NCBI RefSeq assembly: GCF_016433145.1 | Contig: NC_058130.1 | Coordinates: 710,237,874 to 710,301,873 of the forward strand | Direction: 5' to 3' | Source of the DNA: Gracilinanus agilis | Lineage: Eukaryota | Length of the DNA stretch: 64,000 nucleotides | Shown here: positions 1-13,219 of the stretch, piece after piece | Layout: every line of letters starts with the position of its first letter | Position numbering within the stretch: the first letter of the stretch is position 1 | The notes under the pieces: model-generated | The model's input: only the letters and a program-made list of their open reading frames with translations | What the model was told of the DNA's origin: nothing | Database searches by the model: none | Position numbers and translations under genes: made by a program

Positions 1-274
1 CACATAGAGCAGTATCCAGATACCCCCTCCCAACCATGTCCACCCTCAGATGTCTATACAAGAAAACCACTAGTTCACCCCTCCTCCACACACACTTGGA
101 GGTGATCCTTCTCCACAGAATGGAACTACAGCTAGACTAAACCCAGTTTGTTCCCCCTGCCCCCACCCTGAGTATCTTCCCTCTCTGAACCCAAGTGTGT
201 CTACAAGCCCTTGTCTTCAAGGGTCTCTTGTCCGAGTCCAGGCTCCCAATGTCAGGAGACACTTCAGAGTCTAA

Positions 275-425
275 ATTAGGAGCTCTCAGTCTTCTTTGTG
301 TGTGTCATGGACCCCTTTGGCTGTCTTGGTGAAGCCTATGGGTATCTTCTTTTTTAGATGTATAAAATAAAATATACAGGGTTACAACAGCAAATTATAT
401 TGAAATATAGTTACCAAAATATGAG
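275..425 (+). mobile_element. Ancient hAT-Charlie non-autonomous element fragment
   Basis: GTCATGGACCCCTTTGGC..GGTGAAGCCTATGG...TAAAATAAAATA..TTATATTGAAATA..GTTA.CAAAAT resembles recalled MER-type Charlie elements. Confidence 0.45.
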
Positions 426-2229
426 AGAAAGGACAATTGGATTGATTCCCTATCTACATCTCAGGCTTTGAAGATTAGGGCATGGTAGTGGTTAATATAG
501 ACACACATTTGTATTTGAGCCTCAGCTTTTCCCTCCACAAGGTGGGAATAATAGCCCTTATGCTGTTCTTTTCTCTCCACAGACTTAAAAAGAGTACATT
601 ATAAACATTAAAGCTAGAGATATTGATGATGTTATGAACAGATACTTCGGGGATGGGGGGAAGGAGTTGCTGAGCAGAGGGCAGGAGGGGCATCTATGAT
701 TAGGGAGCTGGGAGCCACAGCTCCTGGAGGAGCCCCAGGCCCAACCCCACCGCCCAAAAAAGGAAGTGGGGTAAGAAATATGTGCCTGGCTGCTTGGGTC
801 TCTTCTCTCCGTCTCTTTCAATCTCTTTGCTTTTCTGAGTCTTTTATCTGCCCGGGAGTAGGGGGCGGTCGGAGTCTGACCCAGGGAGGAGCTCTGGCTA
901 TGAAGAGATGGGAAGAGGGCAATGTGCCAAATGAGGAATAAGATGGGGCTGATGAGGGAGGGCGGCTGTATGGTGTGGACGGGGGAGTCCGTGTGTTTCA
1001 GAGAGATGTACAGAGACTTGTACGCGAGCCTAAGCCTAAGAAGGAGATGGGTTTAAGCAGCACTGGAAGGGAGCTATTGGAGCGCCAGGGGCGGGAAAGG
1101 GACTCAGTGCGTGACGGGGAAAGCTCTGTCTGCGTGACGGTAAAAGGGAGGGATCTGTGTGCGTGACGGAAATGCCGCGTGCGTGTGAGGGTGGGGAAGG
1201 GATCCGTGTGCGTGCGTGCGTGACGAAGAATGCGTTCTCGTGGGGAGTGGGAATCCGTGGTAGATGGGGAGGGACCGAGTGCATCTGGGTTTGTACGCGT
1301 CTGGGGAAAACGTGTGCTTCGGTCCCGAGGGGGCTGGAGGAGGGGCGGTGGTAGGAGGATCTGGGAAGGCTGAGCTCGAGGTCGGTTTCTTCCGTCCTTC
1401 CTTCCCACCCCCCACCCCCGCCTCCTCACGGCGTGCGAGCCCCATCCCACACCTGCCCCCGCTGCCCCCCTCTCCTTCCCTCCTCCCCGTTCGGAGGGGC
1501 TTTTCAGATTGTTGTGAAACTGGGAGAGGAGGGTAGCTGTTAACCCCTTCCTGCCGGGCTGAAACCAGGCAGGGGCTTCCCCAGGCTGGGACGACGGGGC
1601 CACCAGCTGCGCCCCCATCTCCATGGGAACCGTGACTTCCGGCCTTTTCTACTCCCCCCCCCCCCCTCTCCTTCCAGAGCTTCCTATGCTTGCCCGGGCT
1701 TGGAGAGTTGGGAGTGTGTGTGTAGGGGGGAACCCTCTTTTCCTGACCCGCCCTGACTGGCCTGGGATGAGAGGGTTCAGTGCCCTTCCCTCTCTGGCTG
1801 TGACTCAGACCCCAGGGTCCCCAGCATCCTGGGGGGTGGGGGGATCCACCCTATGAATCATCTCTTTAGAGGCTTTCTCGATAGTGAAGAGGTTGGGGGT
1901 CCCTGAGGGTCTCAGCCCCCTTCACTCCACCTCGACATACAGCCAGATAGCCCCACTTTGACGAGAGACCAGAGAGTTTGGGCTGAAGCACAGAGTGCAG
2001 TACAGTGGGAAGTCCCATTGTGGCCACCCCATCCTGTGTGGTAGGGATGGAGTGGGGTGGGGAGCAGCTGGAACCCAGACTAAGGAGGGGACTTTGAGTC
2101 CCAGCCTAGGACTATTAGTGGAAGCCCAGATGTTTAGATCACATCTTTCCAGCCAAGGGCTGGAAATCAGGACCCAGGTGGCTGTTTTGGCCCCACTCTC
2201 CCCACAGGATCTGGGAAGGGCCAATATGG

Positions 2230-2232
<3 letters not shown>

Positions 2233-2277
<45 letters not shown>
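2233..2277. repeat. (TG)n microsatellite
   Basis: About 22 perfect TG units. Confidence 0.99.
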
Positions 2278-2279
<2 letters not shown>

Positions 2280-4689
2280 GGAGGGGTGACTCACCCACGC
2301 CTGGGGAGGCCTTGGCCTCTCACCCAGTGGCCCCAGATCATGGGCCCACCAGCATAAGTAAACATGCTTTTGCTGTGCCCCAATGCCCATCTCAGTCAAG
2401 TCAACATACAAGCCCAGGAGCCACTCAGTATAACATATATGAGGCAGCTTGTATGATAAGCAGTATGTCATATACATGAAAAAGTCATGTGTGCAATAAC
2501 CATCTGGGAACAAACATGAAGCCTGGGGGAACCTGCTCCCCATCAGACAGGAAGTTTTTGCAGAGAGAGCTGGTAGAGAAACAGTTAAAAACTGTTATCC
2601 TATTCATTCCTGTCCTAACTTCAGAGCTAAAGTTATCTGCTGATGTCCCCCCCCCAACCCCTGCAACTTGGGCTCTGACTCAAAACATCTTACCTCCTCT
2701 CTCTTGCCTCACATCAGGCCCCAGCCCCAAGAGGACACAGACATCAACCCCCAGCTCAGCCCCTTCTCCTGTGGTCCTGCCCCTGCTTAGCAACTGACAG
2801 ACTGAGACCAGCCTCAGCCTGTTTGCTATTCCCTGTCCAGTGGATCTCTTATCTGACCCAGAGAGCCCTAGATAGAATAGGGCTAGTTGCTAGAGGTTCT
2901 TAGCCCTGATCTTCCCCCTCCCTTTCAATTCTCAGGTCTGTCCCTGAGGCCCAGGATTCTCCTCCAAGAACACAACACATATCTCCCATTCTTCAATTCT
3001 GGTCCTAAAGACTCTCCCAGAGGGCTCTACATCCTCCCATTTCTGGCTTTGAGACCCTCTGGAGATCCACTTTCTTTAGTCTTTGTCACAGGAAACTCCC
3101 TCCAGCTCTGGCCATTTCCTGTCCTCAGGTCCCTCGTTCCCCCTCCCGGTCATATTCTAAGGTCCTGAGGAGTGGGTCTCCTCAAAATCTGTCTCTGAAG
3201 GCCCAGAACCCATTCCTCTTTACCCCAGGCCACAAGGTCTAGTCCTACCACCCCCAGGTCTGGCCCTGAGGCCTTAGTTCTCCACACCCTACCACCACAC
3301 CCCTCCCCCCCATCCCCACCTCCTGCCATGCACCCAGGAAGTGAGAGGCGGTGGGAGGAATGAAGAGGAACCCGTCTGGCCCGTTGGGGGCCTCCTCCCT
3401 GCCACCCTCATTCCCCAGCCCTGACACAGCCCCGCCCCCAGGAGCTGAGGGCATAGAATGCCTGGGTCCCTGTGGAGAGGCTTCAGGCTAGCCAGCCAGA
3501 GCCGTGGGGGAAGGGGAAAAGGAGGAGGAACTGAAGGATGAAGCCCAAGTCTGGTCTGGTGTCTCGGGAACATCCTGTGGACTGGAGATTCCCGGCGGCT
3601 CTCCCCTCATCCCAGCCCTTCCTCCCCCCTAGACATCAGCTTGGGCCATCAGACAGTGAAATAAGGGTCACCAAAACCCTGACACACAGCTGGAAGGACA
3701 CACACACATACACACACACCCCATACTTATCCAAGACACAAATATAACCCAGTCATACATACACAAACATTCAATGTAAACACGTATAGGCAAGAGATAC
3801 AAACACACACACACTCACCTCTAACCTGGACATTCAATCACCCACTCAGAACAAAACTCAGTACACAACCCCAGGAAAGCTGTGTACAACTGAGCACCTA
3901 TCCAACCCAGGGAGGACACAGAGCCAGACTGACACCCTCACCAGAGAACATATTAGAACACATCCAACCTAGACACAACCACTAAACCAGCCCTGACCTT
4001 CCTGCTTCCCTGATCTCCCCCTCCCCCCCCCCCATCCTGACAGCAGCACTGATGTTTCCTGTCTCAAATCAATTGAAACTGGTTCTTCCCTCCCTCTCCA
4101 TGAGTATTCTGGGGCCTGGGTTGGGGGGGGGGGGCTGATAATGAGGCAGAGGGAAATTACTAGTAACTTCTTCAGGCTATCTGTCCCACCAATCTATCAG
4201 TCCTTGTTCCTACTGGAGCACCCTCTGAGTCTCCACTTGGTTTGTGGGGTTTCACATTCAACATCTTGCTAGAACAATTAATTCCCTGTCAATTTAAGAC
4301 CTTAATCCTGTGTACCCCCAATGAGAGGTAGATGGGTATTAGATTTATGGGAATCATTTCTTTTCCCAACCTAGGCATTGGTCTCTTCTCTCACATCTTC
4401 AATGAGGATGAATCGGAGGGAAGAGATTGGGCCCAGCAGTACTTCCTACTTCCAGGAAAGATTGGGAGCCCTGGAATTGAGGAATGGGATAATAGATTGG
4501 CCTGCCTCACCCAAGTATTGACTGAAGCTTTGCTTCCTGCACTGAACCTCAGGCACTCAGAGTGGGTATGGCTTAGAAGCTAATTTTAACTACTCCAAGA
4601 AACTTTGGGACCGGGATGGATGAATTCCCTCAAACTCTTTTATCAATCTCAACCTCTTCCTCTTTTTCTTATGGGCTTAATCTGATTTA

Positions 4690-5165
4690 AAGCTGGAAGG
4701 GACATTGGAAGTTATCTAGTCCAACTCCCTCATTTTGTTGAATAGGAAACTTGAAGCCCAGAAAAAGGGAAAGGACTTGCCCAAGGTAAACTCACACAAG
4801 TACTGTATTAGGAGCTGATTCAAGATTTGAACTAATTTGAAATCCAAGGTCATTTTTATTTCATCCCTCTGCCTCTCAATCTTTCCTTCTTTTAATCTCC
4901 CTCTCCATCTCTTTCTTAGTCCATAGGGTAGGAGTTGGAGGGCTGAAGATAGATCAGACTTTCAAACTCCCCCTTGAACTCAGCTAAGATTCATTTTCCC
5001 ATCCTCATTGGTTTCACAGGATTTAAAGCTGGAGGGACAATATTGCCTAATTCAGCTCCTGAAATTTACAGATGAGGAAACTTGAGGCCCAGTTGCTTGT
5101 TCATAGTCACACAGGACATAACAGAAGTAGGATTTGAATTCAGGGCCTATAGCTCCAAATCTAGC
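4690..5165. mobile_element. Two MIR/CORE-SINE fragments
   Basis: GAGGAAACTGAGGCCCAGA-type CORE motifs. Further MIRs at ~7560-7690, ~9530-9730 and ~48000-48230. Confidence 0.65.
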
Positions 5166-8100
5166 CAGCCACCTGCCTCCTCCTCCTGGGTTTCCAGAAC
5201 AGGCAGAGAGGGAGGGGCCCAACCATCCCCAACTCCCCATAGAGTTTGACCTCTTCCTCTTTCTCTACTTCCTCTCCTGCCCTGCCCCCTCCCCAGCACT
5301 TACTTCCTGGAGCTAGGAAGTCTGCCTTCTGGGTTCTAGCGCCAGCTGGCCTGCTTGCTGACTGCACAGGGGGACTCTCCTGTCCTCCTCCCCCCACCTC
5401 AGTTTTTTTGGTGGGGGGAGTTGGGGGAAAGGGTCACTAGGCTATTTATAAGAAGGAGAAGTCAGGTTGCAGGGCATGCTGCCCAAAAGCCCCAAAGAGT
5501 CCCGTTCTGGGGGGAAGTCACTCCAGCCTCAAGGGCTTCCTCTTTCCAAGAGGTCCAGAGTCCTATGGATGGTGCCTATCTCTCTGGAGCCTGGGCAGTG
5601 TTCATAGTGCCAGGCACTGGGTGAAGGGGGTGGGGGGAAAGTCTTTTGTCCACGCCTACCTGGCTGTTGGTGACTTTGGCGCCAGCAGGGCGGCTGGAGG
5701 GGTGGTGGTGCCCAAGAAACACAGGCCACAAGGGTGAGGCTGTCCTGAGCCTGGAACCTGCCTAACTAGCCCTCTCAAGGAACTGGTGGGGACAGAGAAA
5801 CAGGGATGGTCTTCCATTCTTCCCATTTTCAAGATGTCTGGACCTTTACTCTATCCCCCAACAATCCTATCCCCATTCTCATTCATTTCCATTAAATAAA
5901 AATGAACATTCACCAAGCACTACTGGATGCTCCCAGAACCAGTTATTGTACTGGTGATCCAACCTCTTCCATCCCCTTCCTTCATCATTTATCATTTCAT
6001 TCCTTTTGCCACCTCCCTTTTGTTCCTGACCTAATACTTAGTCTACTTTCTCTGTTTTAAAACTTTTGATACTTAACTCTTTACAAATAAATATCTTTAG
6101 ACATAAAAAGGTCTGTGGGTCTGCATGTCTCTCTTTCTTTAGTTTCTTTCTCTGTGTTTCTGTATATTTCTATTTCTTTGATCAGCTACATATGATTTTT
6201 GAGCAGAGCAGACCAACTACAAAGCTATTCTTCAATTCCTTTCCTGTCTCTCTGCATCTGTTTTTCTGTGACTATTGCCTACCTCTCTCTAACTCTGTTT
6301 CTATCCCCAAAACAAAATCTTAGTTAAGGAGTTTTGGGGAGGAGTAGGTACTCTATATCCCTGATCCTCTTTCTGTGTTATATTCTCTCCCTCTTTCTCC
6401 TGTCTCTGTCTTTCTCTTCCTTCCTCTCTTTCTGTCTTTAAAATATGTGTCTACTTCTGTCTTTAGATCTCATTTTCTTTCAGTTTTTTTCCCCGTTTCC
6501 TATTCCTTCAACTTGATATCTATCTCTCTAGCTGACCAGGGCCTACTGTGGGAGCTGAGTCACCAAAGCCTCTGGGTCCCTGCCCACCCCCGGCCCTGGA
6601 CTGGGGAATGTGAACTCCTGTGAACAGTGGGTGGATGTTGGGCAAAAGAAGGGGGGCCTGGGCTAGCCAGTGAATGAGAGTCTGTACCCCTCCCCCAGCA
6701 GTCATTTTGCCTATCCTCTCAGTTGCTCTCTCCCCCCACTCCATCCCCTCCCTTCTCTCTATCATGGGAAAGCCCCAGTAGAGGCCCTGGCCTCCCCCAA
6801 CCCAATGGTCTTGCCAGGTGTCAGTCAGGGAGTCATTAGCATGGGCGGGAGACAGGGAGGTTGGCAAAGTGCCGGCCAGACAGAGCCCGACTCACTCCCC
6901 CTCCCCATACTCACCCATCCTTACTGGCTAGCCAGGCACAGCCTGGGATATATACAGAAGGTAGAGAATGGAGAGAGGGACCAAGTTGAGGAGAGCTGAG
7001 GGCTTGAGACACTGGGCTGGAGGCCAAGTTGAGGAAAAAGAAGCAAATGCAGGGATCACCCTAGGGATAGGCAGATACTTAGGCCAAACAGAGCTGTTGG
7101 GGATTGAGGGTCGAAGATAGAGTTCTTGTCCTCTTTCCTAGCCCTCCTCAGTATCTTTGATTGCCTCCTTGCCCCACCAGCTACACTCACTCCTCTCTTT
7201 ATCTGCCTTTTTAAAATCTTGTCTTCAGCACTGTAGGTATATCTGTCTTGCTCACTTAGTCTCAGTTTCTCTTTCCCCTCTTTCATTTTCTTACCCCACA
7301 TTAAACCAACCCTCTGCCTAGCCTTTAATTCTTCAGTTGGCTCCTCTGTCTGCCTGCATCTCTGCCTCACTGTTTCTCTTTCCATCTGTCTTTCTGTTTC
7401 TACGTGCCCCTCTAGCTCTGTCTTTCAGTCATTTTTTTCTATCTCTCTGGTCTTTTCTGTTTTCTGTCTCTTACTTCCCAGGGTTTTTTCTTAATGTCTA
7501 TCTTTTTTTCTAGCTATGTCTTCCTCTCTTCCAAATTTTTGTTTCTGTATGTTATCAGAAAAAGATTATATAATACAAGTCTTCAATTTACAAATGAGGA
7601 AACTAAGGCCCAGAGAGGGGAAGGAGTCAGTCTTATACTAGTAAGTGGCAGAAATGGGACTAAAATGCAAATGTCTGTGTCCAGACTCTGACACAAGGTT
7701 CCTCTCCTTGCAGAAGTACTCCTTGGGGAAAGTGGGGGCTGGACAGCTCCCTCCAAAGTCACCTCAGCCATCCCCTGGCTGCAGCTCTGGGCCTCTTGGG
7801 AAGGGAAGTGAGACTTCCTTTTTGTTCCAGAGACACACACCCTGACAGCCGGGAAGTCCCACCTCTGGTCTGACATGATGCCTCACCATCTTAGCCCTAA
7901 CCAATAATTCCAGCTGTCCTGTGAAATGGGAACTGTCAATCTTTGTCCCTCTTTCCCACCTTAGGCCCCAGGCTCTCGGGCTACGCCAGCGCCCCGGACC
8001 TTATCCTTCTGGATGCTTTGCTTTCCTCCTACTCATCCCAACCTCCGCCCCAGGATGGGGTGAAGTCTAGCCCAAGCTCGGCTAGGCTCCCCTGGGATCC

Positions 8101-10356
8101 TGCCCCAGGGCAGGGGGACAGGACCTGGCTGGGTTGGGCAGGGTGGGGCAGGACAAAGCTGGAGGCCCCGGGGGCGGGGGGGGGCTGTCCGGGGGCGGTG
8201 GCCGAGGCTGGTTGAAACTAGCCGGAGAGGGGCCCGGCTCGGCCCCTCCTTAGGACCTGGCAGGAACCGGGTCTCCAGGCTCTGGGCCCCGCCCCTTCCT
8301 GTGACCTTATTTGGATTTAGAGCTGAGACTGGGAAGGCGGAGTCAGAGAGTCCGAATGGGGGTGGGGGGGAAAGGGGGCAGGACCCTGAAGGACCAGCTG
8401 GGCCGAAGTCCTGAGTCCGAGAGCTGGAGGTGGAATTACGAGGACCAGAGCTTGAATCTGGCGGGACGCAGGCTTAGGACGCTGAGCGGGGGTCTGGGAG
8501 TTGTGGTGGAATTTGACCAGGCAAAGACTGGAGGAAAACGGAGGGAAGCGACTTAGAGGAAAGACCCACGGGGTACTAAGGGGCAGAAATTCCGAGGCAG
8601 GGGGTCTCAGGGCCAGGGTTTAGGGATCTTCTTCGAGGGATTTGGTGGACAAAGGTTCAGAGACAGGACAATTCTATAGGGTCTCAAGGGTCTGTAGAAG
8701 AGATCTGGAGAAACAGGAATAAATAAGGGGTACCTGATAGGGCAGAGGTTTAGTGGCCTGCATAAAGGTCAGGCATCTGGTGGGCAGGATGTCCCAATTA
8801 ACTTTCAGACTGTGCCCCTTCGTCTCCCCTGGAAGCCAGGGGCAGACAATATCCTAGATTCCCCCTTCAGTTACTATAGCAATGACAAGAGCTGGGGGGG
8901 GGGCATTCCCTTCTCTAAGGTATATCACCCCAATCAGGGCTCTATTGGGAACCCCCTTAAAAGGATCCCATGACTATAGGGGGCAGTTAGGGTTCATCTC
9001 ACTTCTCTGGCATCCTTCCCATCCCTGACTTCTGAGACCTGCTGGGTTTGGGCAGGGAGGGGGAAGCTGTCTCACAGGTGAATTAAACTCTAGTCTATTC
9101 AGGCCTCCCCCTCAAGCCAGCCAATGACACAAGAGACTAAAGATGAAGACAAAAACACTATGTAGCCTTTTCTCCCAAGTCCAGACTTCCTGCATCCTTC
9201 CATCCTCACCAGAATCCCAGACATTTTGGAAACACCCAGAAGAGTTGGACTATTGGGGGGTGCTTAGAGAAGGGGCTCATTTACTTTCTGAGGCAGGTCT
9301 GAACCTTTTCCAGTTGTGGAAGGAAGGTGGTCCTATCTATGCCCCCTGCTTTGGGAGGAGCCATTTGTGTACCTGTTCCCCCTGGCTCTCCCCAGATCCC
9401 AGTCCCCTTCAGACCCATTGCCACATTTCCGGCAGTTAGCTCTTTCTTAAGCAAGTTTCCCAGGAAGAAAGGCAGGGATAGGAGCCACCCTGGGGAGTTG
9501 TCCTGGATACCAACCCAGAGCCCAAGGGGGAGGAAGTGAGGTGAAAACAAGCTTTAGGCTTGGAGTCAGGGAATTTGGGCTCTAGGCAGCTCTCTGCTTC
9601 TTACTTACTACCTTTGAGCCCTTGGGCAAATAAGTCCCTGCCTCCTAGATTTCCTACCATAGAATAAATGGGGGGAAGGGGATTGATTAATTTAATGATT
9701 TCTAAGACATCTTCTAGCTCTGATAATCTGTGATTCTTTGGGGATAGGAACCCAGGCATCCCCACCCCTCCGGTCTGGCCTCTTATTAAGGGAGCAAGAG
9801 GAACTAGAGTTGGGGGCTAAGAGGGGTGACCAGATGCTGGAGTTCCCAATTCACAGATAACCCCAGCCACCCCCCCCCACTTGCCTGCTTCTCAGTTCTA
9901 GGTCCTCCGGTACCCCCTCCCAATACACAAGCAGTAGGCATATCTTTGGGTCTTTGGACTGTGAGGCTGGAGTACTAGTATGTGAGGATCAGGCAGGCAC
10001 CAAGTAGGTTACAGACATTGTGTGACAGGGAAGGGGGATGGGTTGGTGGGGGGGGGTAGGAGGTGGGTGGCTCTTTGTAGTAGAGGGGTCGATGAATTTC
10101 AGTGGGAGCTTATTACAGCAGCTTCTCGATTCAGAACTTCATGGCTTCCGACTCCCCAAGTTAGTCTTTGGACCCCCCCTCATAGATCACTGTACACCAG
10201 GGCCCCTCTACCTAGCTCTGTCTCCCAGACCCTGTTTCTCCGCCGCCCGGCTTCCAGCCCCCTACTCCGGCCCCTAGTTCCCCGATCTCCCAGGCCCATC
10301 CCAGTACAGTCCCAGCCCAGCCCTGTCCTTGCCCGGCCCTGTCCCGCCGCCGCCGC

Positions 10357-10529
10357 TGTTTACAAGGACACGCGCTTCCTGGCAGTGACGCCAGCCTCCT
10401 CCTCCCCTTCCCCACGCCGAGCCCCGGCATACTGGGCGGGGAGGGGGAGAGTGGGGTGCGGGAGGAGGCGGGGGCCTGGTTCCCTGCACGACCAATCAGC
10501 AATCGCTTACGCAGCCACTGCCGTATAAA
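10357..10529 (+). promoter_or_regulatory. JUNB: JUNB proximal promoter
   Basis: Motifs seen: TGTTTAC (10357-10363); ETS + CRE-like composite GCGCTTCCTGGCAGTGACGCCA (10372-10393), matching the known junB IL-6 response element layout; GC boxes; CCAAT (~10492); TATAAA (10524-10529). Confidence 0.85.
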
Positions 10530-10992
10530 GGCTCCGGGGTACGCAGCGAGGCCGGCAAAGAAGCGGGGAGTCCGAAGGCAGTAGGCTCGGAACAGGAGCT
10601 TGAGAACGGCAGCCATAGAACCTTGATCGTCCGAGCGAGCTAACGAACTGGGCGCGGCGCAAAGAAGACCGACTGGACCAGGCCAGGACTTGGGTGCCTG
10701 CTGTCAGATCAGTCTCTCCAACATAAGAGCCTTGCCACTGTTTTCTGGGGACTTTGGGAGGTGGGGACGGCCGTTGAAGACAAGAGTCCGGGAAGAGTAG
10801 AGCATTGCAGGGGAACCCCGGCTTAGCACTGAGGCGCATTCCGGAAGCCAGAAGCAATAGATCAGACTTAAGCCTCTCAAGGCGTGCCCCGAGGACATCC
10901 AGGCATCTGATCTCCAGTGCCTCAGTGGTCTGTCTCCTCCTCCCTGCCAAGGGGGGCGTCGGGAGCAGCCGGCTAGGCGCGCGGGCGCCTGA

Positions 10993-12057
10993 ATGTGCAC
11001 GAAGATGGAACAACCTTTCTACCACGATGACTCGTACCCGGCCGCAGCTTATGGCCGGGGAGGTCCCGGCCCACTCGGACTCCACGACTACAAGCTGCTG
11101 AAACAGAACCTGGCTCTCAATCTGGCCGCTGCCACTGACCCCTACCGCGGCCTCAAGGCGCCAGGGCACGGTAGGGGACCGGGGCCAGAGGACGCGGGTG
11201 GCGCCTACTTTTCGGGACCGCCACCTCCTCCTCAGAACGAGGCCCCAGCGGGCTCGTTGAAGCTCGCGTCTCCGGAGCTGGAGCGCCTCATAGCGCAGAA
11301 CAGCAACGGGCTCATCACCACAACGCCCACGCCGCCGGGCCAGTACTTCTACTCACGCAGTGTGACGGAGGAGCAGGAGGGTTTCGCAGATGGCTTCGTC
11401 AAAGCGCTTGACGACCTGCACAAGATGAACCACGTGACGCCCCCCAACGTGTCACTGAGCAGCAGCAGTGGCAGCTCCGGGACCGCAGGGCCCCCAGCTC
11501 CTCCTAGTAGCGTTTATGGTCCCTCGGCTCTGGGCCCTGAACCACCTCCTGTCTACACCAACCTCACCAGTTACAGTGCCAGCGGAGGTAGTGGGGGTGC
11601 GGGCGCAGGGGCCGCGGGCGGCTACCCTACTGCCACCATCAGCTACCTCCCACACGGACCGCCCTTCCCCGGGGGCCACCCAGCAGCGGTGGGGCTGAGC
11701 GCTCGGGCTGCGGGGCCGCTGGCGGCCTTCAAGGAGGAACCTCAGACGGTGCCCGAGGCGCGCAGCAGGGACGGGACACCACCAGTGTCACCCATCAACA
11801 TGGAGGACCAGGAGCGCATCAAAGTGGAGAGGAAACGACTGCGAAACCGGTTGGCTGCTACCAAGTGCCGCAAACGGAAGCTGGAGCGCATCGCGCGACT
11901 CGAGGACAAGGTGAAGACGCTCAAGTCCGAAAACGCTGGGCTGTCGAACACGGCCAGCCTTCTCCGTGAACAGGTGGCGCAGCTCAAGCAGAAGGTGCTG
12001 AGCCACGTCAACAGCGGCTGCCAGCTGCTGCTGGCCGTCAAGATGCAGAACTTCTGA
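10993..12057 (+). CDS. JUNB: Transcription factor JunB (AP-1 bZIP), intronless, 354 aa
   Basis: The ORF starts [15 protein letters not shown] and has the delta region [54 protein letters not shown] and the b[42 protein letters not shown]. Synteny with PRDX2 and RNASEH2A supports the call. Confidence 0.99.
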   Translation: MCTKMEQPFYHDDSYPAAAYGRGGPGPLGLHDYKLLKQNLALNLAAATDPYRGLKAPGHGRGPGPEDAGGAYFSGPPPPPQNEAPAGSLKLASPELERLIAQNSNGLITTTPTPPGQYFYSRSVTEEQEGFADGFVKALDDLHKMNHVTPPNVSLSSSSGSSGTAGPPAPPSSVYGPSALGPEPPPVYTNLTSYSASGGSGGAGAGAAGGYPTATISYLPHGPPFPGGHPAAVGLSARAAGPLAAFKEEPQTVPEARSRDGTPPVSPINMEDQERIKVERKRLRNRLAATKCRKRKLERIARLEDKVKTLKSENAGLSNTASLLREQVAQLKQKVLSHVNSGCQLLLAVKMQNF

Positions 12058-12399
12058 GCCCACGCGCGGCCCACCCACGGACCCGGCTGCGTGACTGACT
12101 CTCCCCCTCACGCCCCCGACGCGCGTGATTCTGCCCGGGTATGGGCGGGCCGCAGACTCTGAGACGCGAGAAGGGAGGAGGGCAGGGCTACCTGGAGGGC
12201 ACTGGACTGGACTGAGGGGCCCCGCCCAGCGCGCCTGTCGGCTCGCTCCCTTCCTTCCCTACTCACCCATCGGTTCCAATCTCGAAGTTTACAAGCCCCA
12301 CCTTGGCCCAGGCCTTCACATCTTGGGGCGACCCTCTGTACTTCTTGTTTTGTACGGTCTTTGTTGTGTTTTTTTTTCTGCTGGAAACAGACCCGATTC

Positions 12400-12680
12400 A
12401 TATTGAATATAATATATTTGTGTATTTAAGAAAGAAGTTCTATCCCCGCGGCGGAGCTGGCCCCGCCGCCAGTACATGGCCCCAGCGGTAGTGGGGAATG
12501 GAGTGGAGGGGGCCCCTAGGAAGGGACGCTCCTGTCCTGCCCACCCTGCCTGCCCCGAGGGCTCTATCGGGTCTCCCGAAGCACTTGGGTTTTAAAGTTT
12601 ATTTTATCATTTTTGTGCGTTTTTGTTGTTTTGACTTTTTATTGAATTTATTTAAGTAAAAAAAGACTGTTTATTATTTA
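12400..12680 (+). terminator. JUNB: JUNB 3' UTR AU-rich elements and variant poly(A) signal AGTAAA (12655-12660)
   Basis: AU/U-rich blocks with ATTTA typical of immediate-early mRNAs. I saw no canonical AATAAA; AGTAAA is followed by T-rich sequence. Confidence 0.6.
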
Positions 12681-13219
12681 TTACTCCCTGGCGTCTTAAT
12701 TTTAAGATTGGGAATGGGGTGGGGGACTCATTTGAACCTTCAACCTGCTTTAGCACCTACGCCCGTGCTGTGACTGCCTCCTGAACCTATGGGTGTCTCA
12801 CTGTTCCTGGATGTCTCTCCCTCTCTATCCTTGTAATAGATCTATCTATCTTTATCACTCTATCTATCCATCTCCTCCCCCTACCCCCAAAGATGTATGT
12901 TGTAGGAATCCTTGGGTTTTTCCTGTCTTGATCCCTTAGCTCTAGTTTCCTTTTTTTTCTATGTCTCTGTTTTCTCAGTCTCTGTAGCGTCTTTGTGTCT
13001 CTCCAGTCTGTCTCTGTTTCTTAGCTCCTCATATTAATCTCTTCGAGTGTCTCTAACTGCAGTCTGTGGCCCAGGGCTGTTCCAAGCCGCAGGGGCTGGC
13101 TGTGACGTTGTTGGGGCTTTTTCTTGCCTTGAGGCGGGACCCAAACCTTTCTCTTGCCGAGAAAAGGACCCAACAGGGGAGCTAGAGTGGGCCTTTGGCT
13201 GCGCAAGCGCGGCCCCTCG

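Noticed and set aside
998-1624. 208-aa minus-strand ORF (possible HOOK2 exon)
   Set aside because: Low-complexity Pro/Gly/Arg translation with no match to the recalled HOOK2 N-terminus; it overlaps a regulatory repeat.
10507-11169. 220-aa antisense ORF across the JUNB leader, and other overlapping ORFs at 10022-12491
   Set aside because: Expected in GC-rich, stop-poor DNA; no domain or splice support.
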